From an uncultured Spirochaetota bacterium (GTDB taxonomy: Bacteria; Spirochaetota; Spirochaetia; SZUA-6; Fen-1364), in contig CAVUXE010000081.1 of assembly GCA_963745235.1 (NCBI GenBank), positions 1 to 48,128 of the forward strand: 48,128 nucleotides of DNA, written 5' to 3'. Shown here one piece after another: positions 29,123 through 39,059 of this stretch. Position 1 is the first letter of the stretch, and each line of letters opens with the position of its first letter. The notes below the pieces were generated by a model, which saw only the letters and a list, made by a program, of their open reading frames with translations, had not been told where the DNA came from and made no database searches. The position numbers and the translations under genes were made by a program.

Positions 29123-29968
29123 ATGGGAATGGATCAGATGGCTCTGTACTGGACAACTTCAGGCGTCTACCCGGGAGACGGTGAGATCAGCCGCTTCGAT
29201 TTCGCAGAGCGGGTGGAGTCCGCCGCGAAAGCTGGCTTCAAGGGGATCGGGCTTTGGCACACCGATCTGGAGCACATTACGCAAAGTCGATCGCTCAAGG
29301 AGATGAAGCGCATCCTGGACGCGAGCGGGATCATGTACCTAGAACTCGAGTTCCTCACCGACTGGTTCTCTGATGGCGCCCGAAGAAAAGAATCCGACAG
29401 CCGCAAGCGAAGGCTGTTGGAGGCATCCGCCGCACTGGAGGCGACGCACATCAAGATCGGCGATTTCTACAACTCCGTCTGCCCCATGAGCCGTGTTATC
29501 GATTCCTTTGGAGACCTGTGCCGTGAGGCTGATCAGTTTGGTGCGAAAATTGGCTTCGAGATAATGGACTGCGCGGTGGTCCACACCATCGCCGATGCCA
29601 TGGCAATGGTCCGGGGCGCGGGCGCCCGCAACTGTGGGCTCATCCTCGACGCGGTTCAGGTTGTAAACCTTGGGATGAGCTGCGGCGAGATACGCGGCAT
29701 CCCCTTAGAGTACCTCGTCGGCGTGGAGCTGGACGACGGCACACTGCCCGGGAGTCCGGGTCATGACCCGTCGGCGCGTCGATTCTGCGGGGAAGGCCAG
29801 TACAATCTTCCCGGGCTCCTGGGGTGTGTGAAGGACATGGGCTTTGACGGACCCTGGGCGGTGGAGGTGTTCAGTCGCGAACTGTGCGGGCTGCCACTGA
29901 AAATTTTGACGGATCGCGCTTACACGACCACCGCAGCAACTCTCTCGCGCGCCGGTGTGGGCCCTTGA
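29123..29968 (+). CDS. Sugar phosphate isomerase/epimerase (xylose-isomerase-like TIM barrel)
   Basis: AAKAGFKGIGL, GEG and AVEVFS motifs; RBS GGAGGAG. Confidence 0.85.
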   Translation: MGMDQMALYWTTSGVYPGDGEISRFDFAERVESAAKAGFKGIGLWHTDLEHITQSRSLKEMKRILDASGIMYLELEFLTDWFSDGARRKESDSRKRRLLEASAALEATHIKIGDFYNSVCPMSRVIDSFGDLCREADQFGAKIGFEIMDCAVVHTIADAMAMVRGAGARNCGLILDAVQVVNLGMSCGEIRGIPLEYLVGVELDDGTLPGSPGHDPSARRFCGEGQYNLPGLLGCVKDMGFDGPWAVEVFSRELCGLPLKILTDRAYTTTAATLSRAGVGP

Positions 29969-29993
29969 GCAGCGCGTCCATTCGTCGAAGTCA

Positions 29994-31550
29994 TCAGGGA
30001 TCGTTGCCGGCATGCCCTTCACTTCGCTTGCGGTATTCGCCTGGCGAGACGCCCGTGAGCTTGGTGAACACTTTGGTGAAATGTGTAACGTCGCTAAACC
30101 CCACCAGGGATGCCACCTCGTAGACTTTGTGCCGGTGGTCGAGCAGGAGCTGCTTGGCTCGCTCGACCCTTGTCCGTGAGCGGAAGTGGGAGAAGCTCTC
30201 TGACATCTCGCGGCTGAACTCGCGGCTCAGATAGCCTGGGCTCACGAGCAGGCGGCGTGCTACCCCCGCCAGCGAGACATCAGACGCAGGGTCGTCCCTG
30301 ACGAAATTGATGGCCTCGTTGATTCTCCGACTGACCCCCGCGCTCAGCCGTTCCCTGACAATCGAGCGGAGCTTTTCCAGATACGCCCGGGTAGCGGTAA
30401 AGATCCCGAGCACGCTGCGCTCGTAAGCGACGAGCTGGCCCAGGCCTTGAAATGCGGTGACCCCCGGTCTCAGCGTTGGGTACTCGGCCAGGCGGCTCAC
30501 GGCGCTCTCGACCGCCCTCGACACTTCCAGGCGGACAACGCTTGGGTCGCGTGCGTGGCCGTCGCGGGCAAGGCCGGCGAACATTCGCCATACCAGTTCC
30601 AAAGAGTCAGGTTCCTCTGCCCCCATGATTTCCTCGGCGAGCTGGGCAGGCGTCATGACAGAAGGGAGCCGTTTCTCGAGCGTCCGTCGGAGTTCCGCGA
30701 ACTGCATGGAACGCCGAGCAGGATTCACCGCGAGGGCTACGAGCGCCCACGACGCCTCGTGGTAGAGCTCCGTAGGGTCGCGGTCGTTTGAATCCAGAGT
30801 GGATCCGACATTCGAGGAGGTAAGCGTCTCGAGAGTGTCTGTAAACCCGGTGGAGCGGCGCGGTGTCGCATGTCCAGGGTCGCCGAATGCGAGGATGACT
30901 GTCTCGCTTTCGCCCAGACATAAGGAGAACACCATCACGCCTTCTGTCTGGAGCGCCCGCCGCAGCGCGTCCCCTTCCGATTCAGCCGCCGCTTCCTTCC
31001 CCGGTCCGGCGGGTTGCACAATGAAGAGCCTGCAGGGACCTGCAGCAGGTACATGCAAGGCCGATGTAAGGCGACGCCAAACCTCGGGATCGCGCATCCC
31101 GGCCTGCAGGTACAACTTCAGCTCGCCAATCGCTGCACTTTCCGACAATGCGGCACCCGTCTCCCTGCGGACGGAGTTTGCAAGATGCTCAGTGCAGCGC
31201 CGGAATGTCTTGTAGAGGGCAGCCTCCTCGATGGGCTTCATGATGTAGTCGAACGCACCATAGCGAAGCGCCTTTCTGGCGTACTCGAAGTTGCGATAGG
31301 CGCTCACGAAGACGACCTCGCACCGTGCATTGATGCCCTTCAGTCTCTTTAGAAGCTCGATCCCATCCATTCCAGGCATCCTGATGTCCGTGAGGACCAT
31401 GTCGGCCTCCACGTCACGGACCATCTCCAGGGCTTCTTGCGCCGTGGCGCAGACACCGGCGACGCGGATCCCCAAGGACCCCCAGTCGATGTAGCTCACG
31501 AGGCCTTCGCGGATGAGCCTCTCGTCGTCTACTATGATCAGGTTATGCAT
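29994..31550 (-). CDS. YesN-type response regulator (REC + AraC)
   Basis: IIVDDE and TDIRMPGMDG motifs plus a C-terminal AraC HTH. Confidence 0.93.
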   Translation of the reverse strand: MHNLIIVDDERLIREGLVSYIDWGSLGIRVAGVCATAQEALEMVRDVEADMVLTDIRMPGMDGIELLKRLKGINARCEVVFVSAYRNFEYARKALRYGAFDYIMKPIEEAALYKTFRRCTEHLANSVRRETGAALSESAAIGELKLYLQAGMRDPEVWRRLTSALHVPAAGPCRLFIVQPAGPGKEAAAESEGDALRRALQTEGVMVFSLCLGESETVILAFGDPGHATPRRSTGFTDTLETLTSSNVGSTLDSNDRDPTELYHEASWALVALAVNPARRSMQFAELRRTLEKRLPSVMTPAQLAEEIMGAEEPDSLELVWRMFAGLARDGHARDPSVVRLEVSRAVESAVSRLAEYPTLRPGVTAFQGLGQLVAYERSVLGIFTATRAYLEKLRSIVRERLSAGVSRRINEAINFVRDDPASDVSLAGVARRLLVSPGYLSREFSREMSESFSHFRSRTRVERAKQLLLDHRHKVYEVASLVGFSDVTHFTKVFTKLTGVSPGEYRKRSEGHAGNDP

Positions 31551-33336
31551 CTGCGGTCTCGCAGCGAGCAATAGGGATCTCGATCCATGCGCGTGTACCG
31601 GTGCCAAGCTTGCTCTCGATAGACAGCCCAAAAGGGGTCCCGTAGTAAAGCCGGATCTGCGTGTTGATGTTGCAAAGCGCAAACGCGACGTTGCCGTCAT
31701 TTCCGCCGCCTTCCAGGTCTGCGTGGATTGCAGCGAGCCTCTCCGGTGCGATCCCCTTCCCATTGTCCGTAACCTGGAATCGAAGGGAATCGCCAATATG
31801 GGCGAAAGAGACATCTACCATCCCGTCGCTCGTCGTGTCCGCAAGACCATGTATCACGGCGTTCTCCACAAGGGGCTGGAACAAGTACTTCAGGACGTGG
31901 AGGTCTTCAAGTGACGCATCAACGCTGCATTGATACCGGAAATCTCCCGGTCGCCTGACGAGCTGTATATCCATGTAGCTCTCGATGATCTGCATGATCT
32001 CCTTGACCCGGACCACGTCGCGCCCGTTGCTCAGGCTCAGCGAGTAGAACCTGGAGAGCGAGAAGACGACATCCGAGATCTCTTTCACGCCGTGCTTCCG
32101 GGCGAGCCAGTGAATGCAGTCCAATGTGTTGTACAGAAAGTGCTCGTTCAACTGGGAGAGCACCATCTTGAGTTGGGCATCTTTCCGCCCGAGCTGGATC
32201 AGGTAGTTGTCGTCGATCAAACGCTTCAGGTCGCGGACCGTGCGATTGAATCCCTCGTAGATATACCCGACTTCGTCTTTGCGCGTGGAGTCCAGCGCTA
32301 CGGTGAAGTCTCCCGCTGCTAGTGACTTCATGGCAAGGAACAGGGTGTTGAGCGGACGGTAGTAGCTGAGGTATGTGATCAGGGCCATGGCCACAAATAC
32401 GACGAAAAGCCCCACGTAGGTGTAGGCGATGCTCGTTAGCACGATGGGAACGAATGAGTTGACCTCGCGCAAGGGTAACACCGCGACGTAGCTGAGACCC
32501 GACTGCGGCGATACGTGACGGGCAACAAGAGAGGGCCCGGAGTCAAGGGCTACCGTGAGATAGTCCTTTCCCTCGGGGTCACTGGCGAACGCAGTGGCCG
32601 TCTTCCTGATTTCAGCCGCGCTCATGGCGCCGAGCGACACTGCAACGTTGCCCAAGCTGTCCAAGACGTACGATCGGCCGGCTCGCCCCAGGTTGATCTT
32701 GTTGAAGACCGCCTCCACCACAGCTGTGGCGATGTTGAGGGACAGGATACCCTTCGTCGACCATCCGTTCGTATTGACCCGAACGAGACGGTAGATGCTG
32801 AGCACGCTTTCTCCATTTGTCAATCCGGTGTTGACGGTCCACCACGACCGGTTCTCCACTTTCAGGTAGTTCCTGTACCATTCCGTCTCGGCGATATCGA
32901 CATCTCTTGGCTTCTGCAGATCTGCCCGGGCGACAATGGCGACGTGGTTGGCAATGTCGAGGTAGGTGAGAGATTGGATGTAGTTATTGCTCAAGTAGGC
33001 CTTGCCGAGAATTTCCTCGAGTTGCCGCATCCGCAGCAGGTCTGAATAGCTCGAGACCGGGTTGAGAAAAGCCAAATCCCGAGCCAGATCCATGAAGCTC
33101 TGGTTCGTGAGGAGCGGAGTGAAAACAAACTCGACGTTCTTCGTGATCTCGTCCACGCTCGCCGCGACGGTGCGAAGATTCCCGAGCGCATACTCGCCAG
33201 CACTTCGGATCGCTTGGTCCTTGAGCCGTGCAAGAACAACGGCTCCGGCGGCTGCAAGGCCCAACACCGCAACGAACACGAGCATCATGTACTTGAATTT
33301 GATGCTGTACAAACGACGGTAGGTCGCCACGCGCAA
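31543..33336 (-). CDS. YesM-type sensor histidine kinase
   Basis: TM-sensor-TM-HAMP layout with QLNEHFLYNTL, QPLVENA and DNGKG motifs. Confidence 0.93.
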   Translation of the reverse strand: MRVATYRRLYSIKFKYMMLVFVAVLGLAAAGAVVLARLKDQAIRSAGEYALGNLRTVAASVDEITKNVEFVFTPLLTNQSFMDLARDLAFLNPVSSYSDLLRMRQLEEILGKAYLSNNYIQSLTYLDIANHVAIVARADLQKPRDVDIAETEWYRNYLKVENRSWWTVNTGLTNGESVLSIYRLVRVNTNGWSTKGILSLNIATAVVEAVFNKINLGRAGRSYVLDSLGNVAVSLGAMSAAEIRKTATAFASDPEGKDYLTVALDSGPSLVARHVSPQSGLSYVAVLPLREVNSFVPIVLTSIAYTYVGLFVVFVAMALITYLSYYRPLNTLFLAMKSLAAGDFTVALDSTRKDEVGYIYEGFNRTVRDLKRLIDDNYLIQLGRKDAQLKMVLSQLNEHFLYNTLDCIHWLARKHGVKEISDVVFSLSRFYSLSLSNGRDVVRVKEIMQIIESYMDIQLVRRPGDFRYQCSVDASLEDLHVLKYLFQPLVENAVIHGLADTTSDGMVDVSFAHIGDSLRFQVTDNGKGIAPERLAAIHADLEGGGNDGNVAFALCNINTQIRLYYGTPFGLSIESKLGTGTRAWIEIPIARCETADA

Positions 33337-33692
33337 GTTCCCCTACGAGATAGAATACCATTAAGCGTCATGTTATGCTCATCGATGTCGAAGTCAACGC
33401 AAACAGGGTAGCGGCAAATCCGGGAAGGAGACTGTGGCCTGAGCGCCCTAATCCAAGGTGGATTTTTTCCCCATCTGTTAGTCGAGAATGACCTCCCTCC
33501 GGCCAGAGATGCCAGCGCCGATACGGACTCCAGATTGACCCGCCGTTCTATGCGGCGGAACTCAGGGCCCGGCGGGATGAACATAAGTCGCTCTTAAAAG
33601 CTGACCTTGGGTACGTCTCTGGTACGGGGGGAAGGCCGTTCGCCGAGGTTCGCTTCGCGTTCCAAGTCGACAGAAGGCGGCGTTATGGGCAG

Positions 33693-34646
33693 TCAAGCGA
33701 TGTCGGCGATCCGGCTCGCCTCCTGCGCCAGTCTCCGCAGCGCCTCCTTCAGTTCCGTCGGCTCTCTTACTACGAACGGCATGCGCAGCCCCATGAGGTA
33801 ACGAGCCCCATAGTCGAGGTCGTCTGTCGGCCACTCGAAAGCCACCCCGCCATCCACTTTCGTAAGGGTTCCATAGGAAGCCGGCATTCGCTTCCGAATC
33901 CGTGACAGCTCGACATCGAAGACCACCCTGATCCGCCACTTGGCCCGGATGTTTTCCAGGTACTCGACGGCGTACGCGCGGAAATCGAACTGCTCGTTTT
34001 TGTGGAAGCGCTCATCGAGAAGGCGGGTCTTTCTCATCCTATCCAGGCGAAATGTCCGGTAGTCTTTCCGCAAGCGGCAGTAACCGACCAGATACCACCT
34101 GCCTCGCCGGCCGACCAGACCATATGGCTCCACCATCCTGCGGGTGAGCTCATCGCTCTCAGACCGATAGGTGATCTGCACGCACTGCCGTGTCTGGACA
34201 GACTCGCTCAGGAGAATGAGCAGGGAGGCGTCGGGTCGGGCTTCCTCCCGGTAGGGAGAGAGAATCACCAGTGAGGAAATAGCCCTTACTCTCTCCCGCG
34301 CACCTTGGGGCAGTACCCGCGTGATCTTGGAGAGCGCTTCTTCCACCACTGCCTGGGACTGCCCGATTTCCAGCCATGAACTCCCCAGCAGCCCCAGCAC
34401 GATGGCCACGGCCTCTTCCTCGCTGAACATGAGAGGCGGCAGCTTGTAGCCGGCCCGCAACTGATAACCGCCAAAGCAGCCAGGCGTCCCTTCGACCGGT
34501 ATTCCCACGTCCTGCAACTTTGCAATGTAGCGGCGGACCGTGCGGACGTCCGTTTCCAAGCGCGCGGCAAGCTCCGGCCCGGTGAGCCCCGGCCGCGACT
34601 GCAGAAGCTCGAGAACCGTCAAGACACGCCCCGTAGGGTGGTACAT
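33693..34646 (-). CDS. YafY-family HTH-WYL transcriptional regulator
   Basis: RTVRRYI HTH, LPPLMF and WYLVGYC...FRLDR motifs. Confidence 0.95.
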   Translation of the reverse strand: MYHPTGRVLTVLELLQSRPGLTGPELAARLETDVRTVRRYIAKLQDVGIPVEGTPGCFGGYQLRAGYKLPPLMFSEEEAVAIVLGLLGSSWLEIGQSQAVVEEALSKITRVLPQGARERVRAISSLVILSPYREEARPDASLLILLSESVQTRQCVQITYRSESDELTRRMVEPYGLVGRRGRWYLVGYCRLRKDYRTFRLDRMRKTRLLDERFHKNEQFDFRAYAVEYLENIRAKWRIRVVFDVELSRIRKRMPASYGTLTKVDGGVAFEWPTDDLDYGARYLMGLRMPFVVREPTELKEALRRLAQEASRIADIA

Positions 34647-34669
34647 ACGGGGAACCTCCAACAAAAAAA

Positions 34670-34698
34670 TGAAAGAGGACCGATTCCGTCCTCTTTCA
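34670..34698. promoter_or_regulatory. Probable WYL-regulator operator
   Basis: Perfect TGAAAGAGGAC-N7-GTCCTCTTTCA between divergent genes, with an extra half-site AAGAGGAC at 34714. Confidence 0.7.
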
Positions 34699-34741
34699 AG
34701 ACTATCATTTCAGAAGAGGACGGGTCAAGAAGGAGGAGGTT

Positions 34742-35209
34742 ATGTACCACAACTGGTACGAACTGAGTATGGTGGCAAAACAGGTGCAAAAGAATCTGTA
34801 TCGGCAGGCGGACGAGGCGCGGCTGGTAGATGCCGCGCGAAAGACTCGAAAGGAGGAGAAGAGACGCGCCAGGCAAGCCACAACTGTAGTCAGCGCGTTT
34901 GCAACCTTCGTCCTCCAGCGCAATGAGGTCATTTCCATCCGTGTACCCCGCCGGTCTTATCGGATTTCCTGTATCACGGGCAGATTGTGGACGACGATCA
35001 ATGACAGCCCGGCAGACACGATCCTCGTTGCTGGCGAGACGACGACATACTGCAAAAGCGGAAAGATCGTGGTCCAAGCACTGCGTGTCGCAACTGTTCG
35101 GATCGAGTGTCCGAGCCCTTCCCCCGCTTCGCCCGGCCTTTCAATCAGGATGGGTGACCGCTTCAGGGCATCACATCTATCGCAAAATCGTGACCTGCTT
35201 CGAGCTTGA
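34742..35209 (+). CDS. DUF2917-like (cupin-type) protein
   Basis: CITGRLWTT...DTILVAGE motif; RBS GGAGGAGG. Confidence 0.7.
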   Translation: MYHNWYELSMVAKQVQKNLYRQADEARLVDAARKTRKEEKRRARQATTVVSAFATFVLQRNEVISIRVPRRSYRISCITGRLWTTINDSPADTILVAGETTTYCKSGKIVVQALRVATVRIECPSPSPASPGLSIRMGDRFRASHLSQNRDLLRA

Positions 35210-35600
35210 CGAACATTGTCTCTTCGTTTCGCCAGGATGTCCTTGAGACTGACCTTCGTCAGGTACTCTTCCATTCCGAAAGTCAAAAACATGTACCTGT
35301 CTATGAACATTAGTCAGTCACCGCCTGGCGGAGTAGCCGAGACTTTGGACTGATTCGTAGTCGACAAATCGCCGATTATTGGAAGTGCACCTTCTTCAAG
35401 AAACTAGCGAACGGTGTCCCACCTAACCTAACACCCAAAGTCAGCGCCTACAGGGGCCCCCGCGCGGCCTTCTTGCGCGTCGGCCCTCCCCTCGCCCCGC
35501 CGGCCTGACCCGCGCTGCAAAGGCTATTGCACCCTCCAGCCATCTAGTCATCAAGAAAGGAGCGACTCTCAGAGGGGGCCACGGTTTCTGCACGCATCGT

Positions 35601-37430
35601 TTAGACCGGCACAATCAATTCTTTCCCTGACTCGCGAAGAGACTGGGCAGCGGTGCGGATTTCCCTCCAGGATTCGAGAAGTTCTCCGAAAAGATCAACG
35701 AGCCGCCGGCTGAGCGAAATCACTTCCGATCTCTCCCTTCCCTCCCGGAGGTCGGCAGGAATGCAGAAGTCAGGCTCAGTAGGAAGCTCTTGCAATCGCT
35801 CAATATGGGATTCGACGTCCTTTGCCCAGAAATCAGGTTCATGTCCATAGATCGCCAGCAGTCCGTCCAAGTACTCCACATAACGACTGAGGTTGGATAG
35901 GCACGAGCCTCGGATGAACTGAAGAAAGTCCTGATCCGTAAGACTTGAAATGTCCTGAAGGAAGCGCCCAGCTTCTTCCAAGCGGTCCATCCCTTGAACA
36001 GCTCGGGCGCTTTTTTCAAATGCGGAGAGGAGGAGGTTCATGACTTCTGAAATGCGAATCGGCAGGTCCGTCACACTTCCCGGCGCCAAACTGCGTTTCT
36101 CTGGGGGTTCGTGATGGATTGCCCAAGGAAGATAGGCAATATACAAGTCGGGGAAGCAGGACCGAAGTGTCTGGCCGAAAACTGCATCACTACTTCTTCC
36201 CACTGGGAAGAAGGGAGGGAGGGGGAGAAAATTGTCCAGACCAACGCACATAGTCTGGCAATAGGTTGAGTTCCCGATTGTCGTTCGGGGTGCCGCTCGT
36301 ACTATCAGTCTGTTCGCAAGGGCTGCATGATAGATAGATTCAGAACCAAGAAGCCTGTCACGTGCAAGACCCTGTAGCGTAAGCATATGACGCGGACCTA
36401 CTAGGCCGCTGTCCCCGCATGTTCCCATGGCAGCCACGGCGATAGTGCCTCCGGACGTCACGAGAGACTGCGCAAACTGTGTCGAACATCTTGCAAGAAG
36501 CGGCGCGCGCGACTGTCCTTGGATACTCGCCTGGGCCACGCATTCACCAATAGAACGACCGAGGACCCCTTTTAAAGTGTCACGGATGTCAAGTTTCCTG
36601 AACTCCACTGCAGCGTCAAGAGCTTCTTTATTTTCGAAAAAGAGGAAATCGCTAGGGTCCGCTGCGGAAGAGAGCTCCACAGTGTCATTCACGGTAGCAC
36701 TCCGTGCGAACTCGCAAATGGTGTCATCGTCAGCGCTGACCGTCGCATCGCCGATTGTTGAAAGGAGTTGAGCGTTGTGGTTGGCGCCAGTAGTGATTCC
36801 CACCTCTCCCATTCCGAAAACCGCGAATCTGACCACATCCGGATTGATTCCATCGCCTCGAGCGAGGATCTCCTGAGTAAGCTTTTTCTTCTCGCTCTCC
36901 CCCATGTAGCGAATCTGCGGCGAAATATGCCGAAGTGCGTCACGGTTTTGCTTTCTCGCGCTTTCACTAGTGGAGTCGTCAAACACGACCAAGACTGGGA
37001 CATCATCAGAGGGCAAAAAGCAATCGGAAAAGCTGGCGATACTTCGTGCCAACTCATTGGGCCTGTCGCGCGTGCACCAGGTTACGGATGCTATGTGGGT
37101 CTTCCGTTCCACTCCTGGCTGGCGTGTCAGTAAGCCGACAAAACTCGCCCTTGAGACAAGCAGTCCGAGATCGGCAAGATGCCGGAGCTGCGAAAGTACC
37201 GACGATGGATTGAGGCCGCTGATTCCCACTTCCTCAAGGGAGGCGACATGTCTCTCCAATTTGCGCCATTCAGAGAGATGTGGGAGTAAAGCAGAAAGAT
37301 AATCATCGAGCAGGAGTACCGAGCCAGAAAGTCTGTTATGGACCCAAGAACGTCCACTGCCGGCTGGATGCACTTCCAGGCCTGCAGCGATATAGAGCTC
37401 GTCCGAATCCCGCACGGTATCTTGGTCCAA
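35601..37430 (-). CDS. GT-A-fold glycosyltransferase-like protein with PqqD/RRE-like N-terminus (609 aa)
   Basis: CTRDRP, FDDS, GANHN, ADDD and PPFFPVGR motifs; paralog of 15087-16877. Confidence 0.7.
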   Translation of the reverse strand: MDQDTVRDSDELYIAAGLEVHPAGSGRSWVHNRLSGSVLLLDDYLSALLPHLSEWRKLERHVASLEEVGISGLNPSSVLSQLRHLADLGLLVSRASFVGLLTRQPGVERKTHIASVTWCTRDRPNELARSIASFSDCFLPSDDVPVLVVFDDSTSESARKQNRDALRHISPQIRYMGESEKKKLTQEILARGDGINPDVVRFAVFGMGEVGITTGANHNAQLLSTIGDATVSADDDTICEFARSATVNDTVELSSAADPSDFLFFENKEALDAAVEFRKLDIRDTLKGVLGRSIGECVAQASIQGQSRAPLLARCSTQFAQSLVTSGGTIAVAAMGTCGDSGLVGPRHMLTLQGLARDRLLGSESIYHAALANRLIVRAAPRTTIGNSTYCQTMCVGLDNFLPLPPFFPVGRSSDAVFGQTLRSCFPDLYIAYLPWAIHHEPPEKRSLAPGSVTDLPIRISEVMNLLLSAFEKSARAVQGMDRLEEAGRFLQDISSLTDQDFLQFIRGSCLSNLSRYVEYLDGLLAIYGHEPDFWAKDVESHIERLQELPTEPDFCIPADLREGRERSEVISLSRRLVDLFGELLESWREIRTAAQSLRESGKELIVPV

Positions 37431-37436
37431 CTTCAG

Positions 37437-38198
37437 CTAAGAAGGGTTGACGAGAAAGACAAAAGGGGTATTTGACGGATCGCTCGTACGAAGGGTAACA
37501 GTCTCACTTCCGCTTGGCCCCGAATTGTTGACCATTTCGATAGCGAAATCGGCAGTGCCGCCTGGCGGTATCGGAGTGGATGGCAGCTGCGATGAGATAA
37601 TGTATTCCCCGTAAGTATCCGTCATTGTTACAGGACTGCTCCCAAAAGGATAGAGAGTGTTCGAACTGTCAGCGTTATTGACTTGGAACACTATCGGCGT
37701 GCCTAGGGCGTTAATCGCGTAAGTAAAGCCCTGGCTCACCGCCGTCGACGGGTTCGTAGGGCCTGCGGGGAAGTAGCTCACAACCACTTGTCCCGACGAG
37801 ACGCTGAGGGTCACGGGGTTGGTTTGGACCGGCACCGAAAACGGAGTTGAGGCTTGAGAAATGAGGCTCCCAGATCCACCAAATAGCTCTGCCGAGGCCA
37901 GATACGAACCAGTCGGCGGCAAACTAAATGAGTAGCTGACGCTGCTTCCATTTATGTCGAGCAGCGGAGAGGTTGCCCACTGTGTACCTGCCTGAGTAGT
38001 GATAGTCAGTGTTACTCCTGTCCCACCCGCCAGCGACTTGGCGCCATTTGCACTCCTTGCCCCGCCGGAGACACTCGCGGGAACGAGCAGTCGTATGCCA
38101 AGCCCTTTGCCTTCGTTGTTGAACTGAAACTGACATGTAGTCAAAATCATGAATGCAGAAAAGAGAAGGAGAAATCTGATCGCTTTCCGTTCGTGCAT
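37437..38198 (-). CDS. Lipoprotein type B: conserved N-domain plus ASH-like Ig domain
   Basis: Signal ending LTTC; PIPPGGTADFAI...TVTLRTSDP motif. Confidence 0.8.
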   Translation of the reverse strand: MHERKAIRFLLLFSAFMILTTCQFQFNNEGKGLGIRLLVPASVSGGARSANGAKSLAGGTGVTLTITTQAGTQWATSPLLDINGSSVSYSFSLPPTGSYLASAELFGGSGSLISQASTPFSVPVQTNPVTLSVSSGQVVVSYFPAGPTNPSTAVSQGFTYAINALGTPIVFQVNNADSSNTLYPFGSSPVTMTDTYGEYIISSQLPSTPIPPGGTADFAIEMVNNSGPSGSETVTLRTSDPSNTPFVFLVNPS

Positions 38199-38199
38199 C

Positions 38200-38320
38200 T
38201 CAGTTACCCTCTTTCTGATAGTCCCTCAAGGAGACAATAGCGGCGCGGCAAGGCCCTTGGACTGATTCAGCCGCTGCCAAGAATAGCAGAAAAACCCGAG
38301 TCGCTTTTTGTTTACTCATC
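38200..38320 (-). pseudogene. Deletion remnant of a type A lipoprotein gene
   Basis: GCTGAATCAGTCCAAGGGCCTTGC matches the 5' part of the 18735 gene (GCTGAATCAATCCAAGGGCCTTGC). The lipobox and gene body are deleted. Confidence 0.75.
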
Positions 38321-38321
38321 T

Positions 38322-39047
38322 TTAGTTCACCGTCACTGTGATTGTAGCAAGCCCCGACGCGGCGGGAAGAACATTCGGCGTCGTCAAGTTGTCCGTATAC
38401 GCGCCCAAGGTCCAACCGCCTTCATGAGAGCTGGCCCACCACAAGAGATCGCTCGGGATCCAACCGCTTGAGGAGTGTTGCGCAATAATCTGTTCGGGCA
38501 AGGTCAGGTGGCCGTTCCCGCCTACGGCTCCGAACATGCCTGGCCCAACACTGATTTCCTGGCCAGTAGCGTGACTGATCAGGTAAAAGTGCCCGCTGAC
38601 GCCCTCCCCTTGATCGTCTGTGTCGACGCCAAAATTGAACTCCGTCCCGCGAACGGCAGCTGTCGCAACAGGCCCAACAACCGTAAAGTCATTCCTTTCG
38701 CCCGACACTGCCTTCACCGCGGCGTTTATCCTTCCCACCCGTAGGGTCAGCCCCGTGACGTTCGTCGTTTCCTTCTTGATCAGCTCTCGGAGGAGCATCC
38801 GCGTCAAAGGCTGGATTGTGATTTCCGTTTGGCCAAGCTCCAGCGTAAGCCGGGAGGAGAACCCGGTCGAGACCGTCGCTCCCTGGGATACGCTCATGTT
38901 CAATTGGACCGGCTGCCAATCCTGATCCGGCTGCTTCACCTCGACCTTGCCAGAGAACTGCTTGACAACCGCCTTCAGCTGTTGCGCCGAAGCTGCGAGT
39001 GGGGAGAGAAAGACGAGCACTAGCAGAAAGAAAGACAATTTGCGCAT
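38322..39047 (-). CDS. Exported FecR-domain protein (copy 2)
   Basis: ATAAVRGTEF; paralog of 18737-19462. Confidence 0.85.
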   Translation of the reverse strand: MRKLSFFLLVLVFLSPLAASAQQLKAVVKQFSGKVEVKQPDQDWQPVQLNMSVSQGATVSTGFSSRLTLELGQTEITIQPLTRMLLRELIKKETTNVTGLTLRVGRINAAVKAVSGERNDFTVVGPVATAAVRGTEFNFGVDTDDQGEGVSGHFYLISHATGQEISVGPGMFGAVGGNGHLTLPEQIIAQHSSSGWIPSDLLWWASSHEGGWTLGAYTDNLTTPNVLPAASGLATITVTVN

Positions 39048-39059
39048 GTATCCCCCTCC

